From: Haliotis rubra
Taxonomy: Eukaryota
Direction: 5' to 3'
DNA: 64,000 bases
NCBI RefSeq assembly: GCF_003918875.1
Contig: NW_025767346.1
Coordinates: 1,178,001 to 1,242,000 of the forward strand
The notes under the pieces were generated by a model. It did no database searches. It was not told the DNA's origin and saw only the letters and a list, made by a program, of their open reading frames with translations. The translations under genes and the position numbers were made by a program. Positions 1 through 12,162 of this stretch are shown here, in pieces (position 1 is the first letter of the stretch; the number at the start of each line of letters is the position of its first letter).

Positions 1-79
1 TTTAACATTCAGGTAACGCTTACGACGGTTTCACAGAGACAGTTCGCTGTTCGCTGAGGGGCAGTGTTGGCGGTTTTGG

Positions 80-1105
80 GCCGATCAGTCCACGAAGGCA
101 ATGGGCTTAACAATGTAAGTTGATCAGGTGGCTTCAAGGATAAGTGATTGCGGTGGTTTCAAATATGAAGTTGAGGTGGCTTCAATGATGTAAGCAGTTG
201 AGATAGGTTACATGTGGAAGCAGTTGGGTTTGCTTGATAGATGTAAGCGAGCTTCAATATGTAAGCACTTAAGATGGCTTAAAGTTGTAAGCAGCTAAGG
301 TTGCTAAGACCTGTTAGCAGTTAATGTGACTTAAACATATAAGCAGGTAAGGTGGGTTTAACATGTAAGAGGTTAAAATGGCTTCAACATGTAAGGAGTG
401 AGTGAGTTTAGTTTTACGCCGTACTCAGCAATATTCCAGCTATATGGCGGCGGTCTGTAAATAATCGAGCCTGAACCAGACAATCCAGTGATCAACAGCA
501 TGAGCATCCATCTGCGCAAATGGGAACCGATGACATGTGTTAGCCAAGTCAGCGAGCCTGACCACCCGATCCCGTTAGTCGCCTCTTACTACAAGCATTG
601 GTTACTGAAGGCCAAAATTCTGACGCGGATCTTCACGGGTCAAACATGTAAGGGGTTGGGGTGGCTTAAACATGTAAGCTGTTGGGGTGGATTTACGGTG
701 GCTTAAGAATTTAAGCACTTAGCTGGATTAAAAAATACCAGCAGTTATGTTGGATAAAATATATCAGTAGTTAAGCTGGATTAAAGATGCCAGCAGTTAA
801 GGTGGCTACAAATATGCAAACGGTTAAAGTCGTTTCAATGATGTCAGCGGTTAATGTTGATTAAAGATGTCAGCAGTTAGCTGGATTAAAGATGTCAGCA
901 GTTGAGTTGGATTAAAGGAGTCAGCAGTTAAGCTGGATTAAAGAAGTCAGCAGTTAAGCTGGATTAAAGAAGCTAGCAGTTAAGGTGGCTTCAAATATGT
1001 AGGCGGTTAAAGTGGTTTCAATGATGTCAGCTGTTAAGGTTAATGAAAGATGTAAGCAGTTTAGTTTGATTAAAGATGTAAGCAGTTACGGTTGCCATGG
1101 CTTTG
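80..1105. repeat. Degenerate ~25-26-bp minisatellite (approx. GTTAAGGTGGCTTCAACATGTAAGCA), interrupted by a family B insertion
   Basis: ATGTAAGCAGTTAAG(G/C)TGG(C/A)TT and GATGTCAGCAGTTAAGCTGGATTAAA recur about every 25 bp on both sides of 397-640. Confidence 0.8.
397..640 (-). mobile_element. Family B non-autonomous retroposon (tRNA-less SINE-like), full length
   Basis: Minus strand reads ACCCGTGAAGATC...GCGTAAAACTAAACTCACTCACT; TSD AACATGTAAGG at 386-396 and 643-653. Confidence 0.9.
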
Positions 1106-1609
1106 AGGTTCTGGAAGGCGGAGGCTACATAGTAGGTACAGGCGGTGTAGAGAATTAGGCGGTGAAAGCGAAACATATACATGCATGTCCACAATGTAAC
1201 TGGTACAGGATGTTGTATATGGGAAGCGGTGTTGATGTTGTGGGCGATGAGGAAGTTGCTCCGTTGACGATGTAGACAGTCTGGCTGAAGGCGATGTAAG
1301 CGGTAAACGTCTCGGCTGTAGGCGTGTATTGACATCACCTAAACGACATCTGCTGGATAATGGCTACTCCTGGCTGTATGATAAATGGCACGCCAGAAGT
1401 CATTACCTTAACCCGTTCACATGCACCAACAACAGCGCCCCGTCACGACGCTCCGTAAGTAACCCACCCTGATAAGTAATACAATCTGTTATAATGAAAA
1501 AACACACAAAAAAAACAGAACAATTTCCGTCATTTTTGTCATTTGTTTGAGTTATGTTCAATTATCTTAAGGTTATGCGACACCAGATCGGTTCAGCTCT
1601 TTCTGTGAT

Positions 1610-1853
1610 TGAGTGAGTGAGTTTAGTTTTACGCCGCACTCAGCAATATTCCAGCTACATGGCGGCGGTCTGTAAATAATCGAGTCTGGACCAGACAATC
1701 CAGAGATCAACAGCATGAGCATCGATCTGCGCAAATGGGAACCGATCACATGTGTCAACCAAGTCAGCGAGCCTGACCACCCGATCCCGTTAGTCGCCTC
1801 TTGCGACAAGCATGGGTTACTGAAGGTTCATTCTAACCCGGACCTTCACGGGT
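1610..1853 (-). mobile_element. Family B retroposon, full length
   Basis: Near-identical to the copies at 30662 and 46369; head ACCCGTGAAGGTCCGGGTTAGAATGAACCTTC; (ACTC)n tail. Confidence 0.9.
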
Positions 1854-2796
1854 CTGATCTGGCTGTACTGTGGCGTTGGGGAGAGTCCGCACGTGAGGGA
1901 GTGTGGAGCTGTGGTATTTGATCGTGGGTGGAAATGTGGGAGCTTGGGCCTGGTACGGGGTGGGTCGTGTTGAGGGTTCGGTTGTCATTGACATGGGTAA
2001 GAATGGGACGAGTATAGGTGTGAGTAGATACTCACCTCATCTTAGGATCGGATGGGGTGAGTATGTTGTGGGTGTGTGTTGTGTTTGCTGGGGACTAGAG
2101 CTGAGACTGAAATAGACGTTAAGGGATAGCGGTTAAGGAGAAGGAATGTTGAATAGTGGTGTAGATTTGTAGGGAACGAGGTGTTTTTGAGTGGCAGTGG
2201 GATGTGACAATTACAATGGAGGCCGGGTCTCAGTAATCTGACATCAGCATTCTGACTACTTCTCCTGCTAAGGTACTATACATAAAATATCACACTGAAG
2301 CACATCATCATCGCGTTTACCGCTGCTGATGGCGACGTTATTCGCCATCCTCTCCTCGTCACCCTCTGAACTTCATGGAGTGTCTGTGGTCCGACAAAGC
2401 ACAAATCACGATAAACCATCATGAGTTTCTACGTTTAATACACAGTATATTGCATGATGTATGCTCTTATATGACAGATGTGGCATTGAAGAAGCTTCCT
2501 GTCACAAGCCAAGTCCGACGACGGATAATTTCGGAATTATGACACGGGATGCAGACATCCCAGATGAAAGGCGATCCGTCTCTTTATCCAATTGGAAATC
2601 TCCGATGGGAGACGAGGAACTCAGGGTGAACTCCTTCAGTAATGACTTGTTTGTACCACCATGAGTTTAAACTAATAAGGCGTAAAGTCCACATTTTTCT
2701 AAACTTTAAATTACATATAAAACCAACAAATTGATATTTAGTGGTGATATTTTTTATACAAATATTATGATGATGTTTGGCGACTGTTTTCAGCCT

Positions 2797-2955
2797 GTGA
2801 GTGAGTGAGTTTACGCCGCTTTTAGGAATATTCCCGCAATACCACGACGTGGAACATTAGAAATGGGGTTCACACATTGTACCCATGTGGGGAATAAAAC
2901 CCGGGTCTTCGGCGTGACGAACGAACGCTTTAACCACTAGGCTACAGTACCGCTC
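2797..2955 (-). mobile_element. Family A tRNA-derived SINE
   Basis: Reverse complement has A box TAGCCTAGTGG, TCGTCACGCCGAAGACCCGGGT, the shared body and (ACTC)n tail; flanked by TCAGCCTGT direct repeats. Confidence 0.85.
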
Positions 2956-4096
2956 TTTACTTATCAGCCTGTTATGTGATGATAATGTTTATATACTTTG
3001 CATAAAATCCGGTTTTCACGTGTATAATTTCTTTTGTGGGTCAGTTTGTTTGTATGTTGTTTTACGCCGCACAGGGCAAAGATTTGCCAAAGATTTACCA
3101 AATTTACCATGAGATCCCAGATGACGATTCGACATTATACGCGCAAGGAGAACTAAAATCTGACATACGTAATGACGTAGCCGAGTAGTTGAAGCGTTGA
3201 CTCGTCACATCATTCCAGGGTTCGATTCCGTTATTGGTAACAATGTGATTGACTTTTCAACGTGTCCTCCGCTGTGCTTGTTCAGTCATGTCTGAAAAAT
3301 GGCGCAAAGTCCTACTCATTCTTTCAAAGAACTGTGCAAAAATATCTGATCTTCAGTGGAGTTGAATGCTTTAGAGTCGATTCTGTACCACGATCGAAAT
3401 GTTACTCAGATGCTTTTTAAAAAAGTTCAATTGACATGTTCAGAAATGGAAAGATTAATGGGTTATATAAGCTACGCCGTCAGCAAGGATCAAGCTCATT
3501 CATGCGTCCTGTGCACTAGATGAACGGAAGGAACCAGTTATAGAATAATAATATTGATTGCAATTTTCATACACTCATCTTAAAACTGGAATTGTGTAGA
3601 TTAAACACTGGAGGAGTGGATGGCGTGACCAGTCTTGGCCATCAGCTGGACATGGCCGGAGTGGGATGAGTCTCGTTGTAATACATCACAGTGCCGGCTC
3701 GTATTGATAGGATATCAAAAGTACAATCGTTGTTTGATTGGGATATGATTACTTCATCTGAGAATAGCTGCCCACGTTAATAGGCCTGGCAGGATATCTG
3801 ATCAAGAACGAGCGGCTCAGCTTTGTATTACATACATAATTGTAGTGGAGATGATTGTCAGTGCAGTTTCGGGGTAGCTCCGGGGAATCATTCTTCAAGC
3901 GAGCTTAGCTGCTATGGTTTTCAGAATTTGGATGACCGCTTTTGGGAGGATGACATGTATTTATGATGCAATATTGAGTGTACAGCTGGTCCGTTGTGTT
4001 TGACGTTTACCTTGATGTTCAGTTTGATGTTTAAGTATCTATTCAGGTTGGTTTTCAGTTAGATGGTCAGGTTTTATTTTCAGTTTGATGTTCGAT

Positions 4097-4375
4097 ACAT
4101 GGGTACAATGTGTGAAGCCCATATCTGGTGTCCGCCACCGTGATATTGGTGGAATATTGCTACAAGCGGCGTAAAGCCATACTCACTCACATAAACTAGC
4201 AATAATATATTTGAACCCAGTCACCGAATTAGCGATCCCAAAGTGCCTTGAGACGTTACGCTCATTAATATCAAACACCATTGAATTAACATTTAGCAAT
4301 ATTATTAGCCACCGTCTGACATGGCTGTATACTTTCTTTTGTTCGTCAGTTTAATTATATATTCCATTATTCCAT
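4097..4375 (+). mobile_element. 3' half of a family A SINE plus downstream AT-rich sequence also found at 39565-40110 (SINE nested in a larger repeat)
   Basis: ACTCACATAAACT(A/G)GCAATAATATATTTGAA(C/A)CCAGTC and CACCATTGAATTA..CATTTAGCAATA...GTATACTTTCTTTTG...CAGTTTAATTATATATT occur at both loci. Confidence 0.7.
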
Positions 4376-4398
4376 TACCAAACTCATTCACTCACTCA

Positions 4399-5810
4399 CT
4401 GATGTTCAGTGTGGTGTTCAGAATGATGATCAGTTTCATGTTCAGTGTGGTGTTCAGAATGATGATCAGTTTGATGTTCAGAGTGGTGTTCAGAATGATG
4501 ATCAGTTTGATGTTCAGAGTGGTGTTCAGAATGATGATCAGTTTGATGTTCAGTGTGGTGTTCAGAATGATGATCAGTTTCATGTTCCGCGTGGTGTTCA
4601 GAATGATGATCAGTTTGATGTTCAGAGTGGTGTTCAGAATGATGATCAGTTTGATGTTCAGTGTGGTGTTCAGAATGATGATCAGTTTGATGTTCAGAGT
4701 GGTGTTCAGAATGATGATCAGTTTGATGTTCAGAGTGGTGTTCAGAATGATGATCAGTTTGATGTTTAGTGTGGTGTTCAGAATGATGATCAGTTTCATG
4801 TTCAGTGTGGTGTTCAGAATGATGATCAGTTTCATGTTCAGAGTGGTGTTCAGAATGATGATCAGTTTGATGTTCAGAGTGGTGTTCAGAATGATGATCA
4901 GTTTGATGTTCAGTGTGGTGTTCAGAATGATGATCAGTTTGTTCAGTGTGTTGTTCAGAATGATGATCAGTTTGAGTGGTGTTCAGAATGATGATCAGTT
5001 TGATGTTCAGAGTGGTGTTCAGAATGATGATCAGTTTGATGTTCAGTGTGGTGTTCAGAATGATGATCAGTTTGATGTTCAGTGTGGTGTTCAGAATGAT
5101 GATCAGTTTCATGTTCAGAGTGGTGTTCAGAATGATGATCAGTTTGATGTTCAGTGTGGTGTTCAGAATGATGATCAGTTTGATGTTCAGTGTGGTGTTC
5201 AGAATGATGATCAGTTTGATGTTCAGAGTGGTGTTCAGAATGATGATCAGTTTGATGTTCAGAGTGGTGTTCAGAATGATGATCAGTTTCATGTTCAGTG
5301 TGGTGTTCAGAATGATGATCAGTTTGATGTTCAGAGTGGTGTTCAGAATGATGATCAGTTTGATGTTCAGAGTGGTGTTCAGAATGATGATGATGATGTT
5401 CAGTGTGGTGTTCAGAATGATGATCAGTTTGATGTTTAGAGTGGTGTTCAGAATGATGATCAGTTTGATGTTCAGTGTGGTGTTCAGAATGATGATCAGT
5501 TTCATGTTCCGAGTGGTGTTCAGAATGATGATCAGTTTCATGTTCCGCGTGGTGTTCAGAATGATGATCAGTTTGATGTTCAGTGTGGTGTTCAGAATGA
5601 TGATCAGTTTGATGTTCAGAGTGGTGTTCAGAATGATGATCAGTTTCATGTTCAGTGTGGTGTTCAGAATGATGATCAGTTTGATGTTCAGAGTGGTGTT
5701 CAGAATGATGATCAGTTTCATTTTCAGAGTGGTGTTCAGAATGATGATCAGTTTGATATTCAGTGTTGTGTTCAGAATGATGATCAGTTAGATGTTCAGT
5801 GTGGTGTTAA
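4399..5810. repeat. 36-bp minisatellite TGATGTTCAG(T/A)GTGGTGTTCAGAATGATGATCAGTT, about 39 copies, built from three 12-bp subunits
   Basis: Highly homogeneous tandem copies; degenerate 12-bp relatives at 4010-4095 and 5810-6370. Confidence 0.97.
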
Positions 5811-6878
5811 AGTTCGGTTCAGGTTGATGATCAGTGTGTGAGGTTCAGTTAGAGGTTCAGTTTGATTTTGATTTAAAGTTCGACTGAGGTTTTGCCTTCA
5901 GGTGGAGCATAGGTTTGGGATTCAAGTAGAGCTCAGTTCACAACAGGTTCAGTTAGATCGAAAATTAAGGTTTACGATTTTATTGCAGTTTGAGGTTCAC
6001 TAATGGTTAATTGCAAATTCAGACTGTAGTTTCAAATGCAGCTTCAATTTCAGTTTTAGATTCAGTTAGTGATTTAGTTTGATGTTAAGTTTGAGATTCA
6101 ATTATGATTCAGTTTAAGATTCAGTTTAGAGTTATATATCCAGTTTGTGGTTCAATTTCACATTCAGTTTAATGTGCAGTTTTAGATTCAGTTTCATTTG
6201 TGGTTCAATTTCAGGTATCATTTTCAGATTCAGTTTGACATTCACTTGCATGTTCTAGTTGAGATTATTGTTGTGGATCAGTTTGTGGAATCGATCATTT
6301 TGAGATTCAATCCAAGATTTAATTTGAGGTTAAGTTCCAGATTCAGTTATGGTTCAATTTCAGGTTCATATTCCACATATGGTTGAGATGATACCTCAGT
6401 TATGGGTTCCTCTACGCGAGACAGCTTCGGGCTCAGCGTATACTGTCGTGTATGATGCTCTTGAATCCTGTGATTCAGTCCACATCCTGCCCACAGGTAT
6501 TGATTCAGCCTTGTTGCTACAGTCACAATTAGTCTAACTTCCCGTGAAGCGCTCGCTGCACTTAATGAAGAACATATCGATCTTCTCTTAGTTTGTAAAG
6601 TTCGGTGTTTTTTAATAAAAACGGCTGTTTGGATGCGAAAAACGACCACATTTCTTAGACTTACGTTTCATTGAAATGCAAGATTGATAAAGATTGTTTT
6701 TGTTTTGTAAAAGAAACACAGGACGCATTGATTGCAAAGTAGGCGTGGCGGTCCTTCTTTGTTGGAGACTTCAGAGCAAACATGTTTTCATATTCCTGTG
6801 CTTTTTGAAAGGCAATTTGTTTGGCCCTCAGAGTGTAAGAAGTGTGTTCTCGAATGACAATATACAAATATAGCTGTG

Positions 6879-7037
6879 GAGTGAGTGAGTTGGGTTTGAC
6901 GCTATTTTTAGCAATATTCCAGAAATATCTCAGCGAAAGAAACCAAGAATTGTTTTCACACATTTTACCCATGCGGGAATCGAACCCGGGCCGGCTGCGT
7001 GACGATCGAACGCATTAACCACTAGGCTACCCCACCT
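6879..7037 (-). mobile_element. Family A SINE (diverged)
   Basis: GGAATCGAACCCGGG (B box, reverse complement) and AACCACTAGGCTACCCCACC (A box, reverse complement); tail GAGTGAGTGAG. Confidence 0.8.
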
Positions 7038-7277
7038 CCTGTACCTTGTAAAATGCAAGAAAAACGGAAACGCTGTCAATTACCTGATAAAATTGATTCA
7101 GTTGCAAAGCGATATGAAATCGTTTTAGCGTACAAATTGACTGAGTGATACACCATAGACCACTACACCGCCGCACGCTGTGCGGAGTTACCCCACTTTG
7201 GTTAACTAGGATCTACTGATTATGGGCACAGCACCAGATTCCCCCGGAACATGTTCCTTAGTTAGTTTATATCATTT

Positions 7278-8290
7278 AAACAACTGTGATATACTTGTCA
7301 TACTGATGATGACAGACATGGTATAACAGTCATATTGTTGACCTTAAGCTACCGTAATATAACAGTCATATTGTTGACCTTAAACAACTGTGATATAACT
7401 GTTACGTTGCTGACCTTAAACAACTGTGATATACTTGGCATACTGATGATGACAGACATGATATAACAGTCATATTGTTGACCTTAAGCTACCGTAATAT
7501 AACAGTCATATTGTTGACCTTAAACAACTGTGATATAACTGTTCCGTTGCTGACCTTAAACAACTGTGATATACTTGGCATACTGATGATGACAGACATG
7601 ATATAACAGTCATATTGTTGACCTTAAACTACCGTAATATAACAGTCATATTGTTGACCTTAAACTACCGTTATATAACAGTCATATCGTTGACCTTAAA
7701 CAAACGTGATATAACTGTTACGTTGCTGACCTTAAACAACTGTGATATACTTGGCATACAGATGATGACAGACATGATATAACAGTCATATTGTTGACCT
7801 TAAACTACTGTGATATACTTGTCATACTGATGATGACAGACATGATATAACAGTCATATCGTTGACCTTAAACTACCGTTATATAACAGTCATATTGTTG
7901 ACCTTAGACTACCGTTATATAACTGTTACGTTGCTGACCTTAAACAACTCTGATATACTTGTCATACTGATGATGACAGACGTGGTATAACAGTCATATT
8001 GTTGACCTTAAACTACCGTTATATAACTGTTACGTTGCTGACCTTTAACTACTTTGTCATAACTGTCAAATTGTTGACATTATATAACCGTGATAAAACG
8101 GTCATATTGTTAGCCTGAAACTACCAAGGGATGATAATATTTATCATTTTGCTGACCTTAAAGTACCGTTATGTGACTGTCATTTTTGGTTTTTTTTAAC
8201 TTCCACTACAGTGATAAAACTGTGAAATTGTTGACATTTCACAACCGTGATATAACGGTCATATTGCTAGCATTACACTACCATAATGAA
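7278..8290. repeat. 36-bp-monomer satellite with a 140-bp higher-order unit (36+36+36+32), decaying toward 8290
   Basis: Monomers start at 7323, 7359, 7395, 7431 and 7463; AAACAACTGTGATATACTTG recurs at 7278, 7418 and 7558. Confidence 0.9.
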
Positions 8291-8803
8291 GTACCGTTAT
8301 GTAGCTATCATAGTGCTGATCTTAAAGTACAGAGATGTTGCTCAGTTGAAACTACTGTTACCAGCAAGACAGATATATCAAAGACCTTTAGAGAGAATAA
8401 TAGAGACAAAGACACAAAATGACAAATACTGTCTGTATTTTTTATTTCGCCAAGTTAATAGCCCCAAAAGCGACGCAATACGATTCCTGCGAGTCAGGAA
8501 CAATTTGTGATGGGTTGTTTACAGGTTGGTGCGTCTGCGTCCTTTTAAAGAAACACTATCCCTGCCCACTCAGGATTTGCCCAAATGGTCAACGAAACAT
8601 AACAGTTTCCTAACGCCAAGATCCCTAAAGTACAGTTCATTGGGTCTGCAAATTAGCATGATGATGTTTTCTTTTGGCGTCCACTAATGGGACATGCTCC
8701 TCCTACATGGACTATTCCTCGACTCGACGCCTCCGTCGTGTACACTAAAAGCAGTGGCGGTCGGCGAATTGCCAGTCCCATGTGTGGACGGTAAGTTCAA
8801 GGG

Positions 8804-9149
8804 ATGATGATGATGATGATGATGATTTGGAGAATTAACGTGGGCTTTCCAACATAATGCGTATTTTGCACGCGAATTATGTCACGTGTGAATGATGATT
8901 ATGATGATGGTGATGGTGATGATGATGATTTGGAGAATTAACGTTCGCTTTCCGACGTAATGCGTATTTCTTACTTGAATAATTTGACGTGTGGATGATG
9001 ATGATGATGATTTGGAGAATTAACGTGGGCTTTCCAACATAATGCGTATTTCTTACTTGAATAATTTGACGTGTGGATGATGATTTGGAGATTTAACGTG
9101 CGCTTTCTAACATAATGCGTATTTTGCACGCGAATTATGTCACGTGTGA

Positions 9150-9183
<34 letters not shown>

Positions 9184-9401
9184 GGAGAATTAACGTTCGC
9201 TTTCCGACGTAATGCGTATTTCTTACTTGAATAATTTGACGTGTGGATGATGATGATGATGATTTGGAGAATTAACGTGGGCTTTCCAACATAATGCGTA
9301 TTTCTTACTTGAATAATTTGACGTGTGGATGATGATTTGGAGATTTAACGTGCGCTTTCTAACATAATGCGTATTTTGCACGCGAATTATGTCACGTGTG
9401 A

Positions 9402-9432
<31 letters not shown>

Positions 9433-9500
9433 GGAGAATTAACGTTCGCTTTCCGACGTAATGCGTATTTCGCAGGCGGGTAATTTCACGAGTGGGTGAT
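8804..9500. repeat. Compound array: 8 copies of a ~66-bp unit separated by variable (GAT)n tracts
   Basis: GATTTGGAGA(A/T)TTAACGT...TAATGCGTATTT...ACGTGTG(A/G)AT repeated with variable-length GAT tracts between units. Confidence 0.92.
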
Positions 9501-9875
9501 TTGTAAACATACACATATTCAGTAGGCGTTTCAGCCACACAACAAATAAGCGTGAATATGACACAGAAACAGTTGGTTTAACTCGGTTAGATTGCTCCGT
9601 CATTACAAATCACCTTGAAGGACACCCAGCTGTTTTTGGTTCTCGCCTGCGTGTCTGTTGCCAAGTTCCAGAAACTCCAGGAACATTAGTGTTGCACGTA
9701 TTAACGCTGCGCTGTTGGGACAACTGCCTGGTGGTCAGTGCGGGTGGTCTGTTTGTGGTCAGTGCACGTGGTCAAGCTTCCGTTGCTGCTGATGGTGGTG
9801 CAGTTGGTAAGTGGAAGCTGTTGTAAAAATGGATGTAGTTTTCGAGTGTACGTTTCCTCTGAGTTAAAGTAAGTG

Positions 9876-10429
9876 TGAGTTTGTCTTACGTCATTTTAAT
9901 GACATGTAAAGGCCGGGGTTCACCAGAAATAGGCTTCACATATGTGGGAATCAACCCCCATGTCTTCGGCGTGACGAGCGTGACAGGTGGGCCGCCCCAC
10001 CGCAGGCCCTTTAAGCTACAGGTGTGAAGCCCATTTCTGGTGTCCCCCGCCGTGGTTTTGCTGGAATATTGCTAAAAGCGGCGTTAATCCATACTCACTC
10101 ACTCACTCACTTTAAGCTACAGGCACGAGGTCAGTGGAAATAGGCTTCACGCGTTGTACCCATGTGGGGAATCAAACTCATGTCCTAGGCGTGACGAATG
10201 ATTTAACACAAATGAGCTACCAAAGGCCATCGTAAGCTACAAGAAATGGAGGGTGGGGGGTGGGGTGGTATTCAGGTGGTTACAGCTCGTCACGCCGAAG
10301 ACCCGGGTTCGATTCCCCACACGGGTACAATGTGTGAAGCCCGTTTCTGGTGTCCCCCGCCGTGATATTGCTGGATTATAGCTAAAAGCGTCGTAAAACT
10401 AAACTCACTCACCCACTCACTACAAGAAA
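9876..10429. mobile_element. Cluster of four family A SINE copies or fragments (about 9876-10002 -, 10022-10110 +, 10140-10220 -, 10265-10420 +)
   Basis: Family A body and tail; TSD CTTTAAGCTACAGG around the 5'-truncated copy (10009-10022, 10110-10123); CTACAAGAAA around the last copy. Confidence 0.85.
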
Positions 10430-10439
10430 GGAGGGTTAC

Positions 10440-10847
10440 TGGTGGTGGTCCGATTAATTCAAATAATCGACGATTGGTCGCAGTGACTAAACGGCTAAGC
10501 AATCGGTCATGTTTTCTCATAATCGAACACAAACAATTCTGGAACACTTGTTTTCATTGACAATATTTTTCACAAGGTTGGTTTTGTCTGTTACATTTCA
10601 TAAGCACTACAAGCTCGTTTCAAGTCATGATTGAATTTATCTTAAAGACTCCAAGAAATATATGTTCCTAACATACTAGTCATGCTTTAAAGATGTGAAA
10701 TTTTGCCCAAAAACCCCAAAAGAACTACATGTTTTTTCCTTATTTTTATGTGCATTAACGAATTTCATAAAACCAATTTGTTTCGATGATTGATCGTTTG
10801 TAATGAACCAATCATCAATTATAAGATTTTAGCAATTCCGGACACTA
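10440..10847. mobile_element. Possible hAT-type MITE inserted into an old family A SINE
   Basis: Ends TGGTGGTGGTCCGATT...AATTCCGGACACTA; 8-bp TSD-like AGGGTTAC (10432-10439) / GGGGTTAC (10848-10855); TIRs are degenerate. Confidence 0.45.
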
Positions 10848-11130
10848 GGGGTTACTAGTAATATAAGTCACATATTGTATCCATGTAGGGAACGTTTTAA
10901 ACACCAGGCTTCCCGAGAATCCCTGTAAACTACAAGCACAAGCACAAACACAAAAGCGGCGTGCCTTGATTATTATTTCAAGTTAGCCAGCACTACGGTT
11001 GTCATGGGTTTTACCAAAGTGGTTGTCGAAAAGCATCAAATCGGGCTTACCAGCAGAATTGAAGCAATACGTCGATATACAACTGAATGCTGCTGTCAGA
11101 AGAAACCAACCTACTCACTAATCACCAACA

Positions 11131-11290
11131 GTGAGTGAGTGTAGTTTTATGCCGCTTATAGCAATATTCCAACAGCACCGCGGCGGAAGACACAAGAAAT
11201 GGACCACACACTGCGCACCTATGTGGGGAATCAAACCCGGGTCTTCGGCGTTACGAGCGAAAACATTAACCACTAGGCTACCCCACTGCC
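11131..11290 (-). mobile_element. Family A SINE
   Basis: Full head, body and tail on the minus strand; AATCACCAAC on both flanks. Confidence 0.85.
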
Positions 11291-11329
11291 TCAATCACCA
11301 ACGCGATACTCATGAGTTCTTTGGAAAAT

Positions 11330-11500
11330 GGGCGGTGGGGTAGCCTAGTGGTTAAAGCGTTGTCTCGTCACGCCGAAGACCCGGGTTCGAATCCCCACAT
11401 GGGTACAATGTGTGAAGCCCATTTCTGGTGTCCCCCGCCGTGGTGTTGCTGGAATATTGCTAAAAGCGGCGTAAAACCAAACTCAGTCAGTCAGTCAGTC
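11330..11500 (+). mobile_element. Family A SINE, young, (AGTC)n tail variant
   Basis: GGGCGGTGGGGTAGCCTAGTGGTTAAAGCG...GGTTCGAATCCC; TSD TCTTTGGAAAAT. Confidence 0.92.
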
Positions 11501-11854
11501 TTTGGAAAATAATGCAAACAGTATTTTTTCAATGACATTTGGTTGTGTTTGAGGATTTGTGATACTGCTTCTAAGAATGTGTTTCTGGAAATGCTTGCTT
11601 TGAATCTTGAAGTGATTGTCTTGCATTTGTGTCAACAGTCTTCAGAGAGTGACACATATCTGTAACTTTGTGTAACTGTATTTTCTTGTGTCTTCATGCT
11701 CATGTCCATAAACGAAGGTCTATGCAAGACATGATGACGTAGATTCCTATGTAGAAATACATGTAGGTTAACAAAAAAATCACATGTTTAGTCATTGACT
11801 CTTCAAGTGTATACATCGATAAGAATTAACGGATTTTCTTCAGTTAAAAGAAAA

Positions 11855-12022
11855 GGGGCGGTGGGGTAGCCTAGTGGTTAAAGCGTTGGCTCGTCAGGCC
11901 GAAGACCCGGGTTCGAATCCCCACATGGGTACAATATGTGAAGCCCATTTCTGGTGTCCCCCGCGGTGATGTTGCTGGAATATTGCTAATGCGGCGTAAA
12001 ACCAAAACACTGTCAGTCAGTC
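11855..12022 (+). mobile_element. Family A SINE, young
   Basis: Intact A and B boxes; flanking repeat TCAGTTAAAA. Confidence 0.92.
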
Positions 12023-12162
12023 AGTTAAAAAAAGAAAAAATTAATAACTCCATTAAAACAATATTCTCCTCATTCACGTAGCTTATATCTGTGTAGGATT
12101 ATAAATTTAAATCGAAACAATATTGTTTTCTTAGCTGTATACACGCCATTGAATCCCTTGCA

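Noticed and set aside
488-706. Recurrent small ORFs (MINSMSIDLRKWEP..., ...EDPGSIPHMGTMCEAHFWCP)
   Set aside because: Chance frames through families B and A; starts, stops and frames are not conserved among copies
4321-5791. Long ORFs on both strands (372, 441, 271 aa), including Asp-rich QNDDQFDVQSGV and His-rich repeats reminiscent of shell-matrix proteins
   Set aside because: They are translations of a 36-bp minisatellite that is stop-free in several frames; indels switch frames freely, and there is no unique domain or splice support
7300-7990. Hammerhead ribozyme (repeated CTGATGA)
   Set aside because: No GAAA core or flanking helices in register; it is part of the 140-bp satellite
8804-9500. 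CRISPR-like repeat-spacer appearance
   Set aside because: The spacers are only (GAT)n microsatellite
11330-11410. Functional tRNA-Asp genes
   Set aside because: The acceptor stem is not intact, and each copy continues into a SINE body and tail with TSDs
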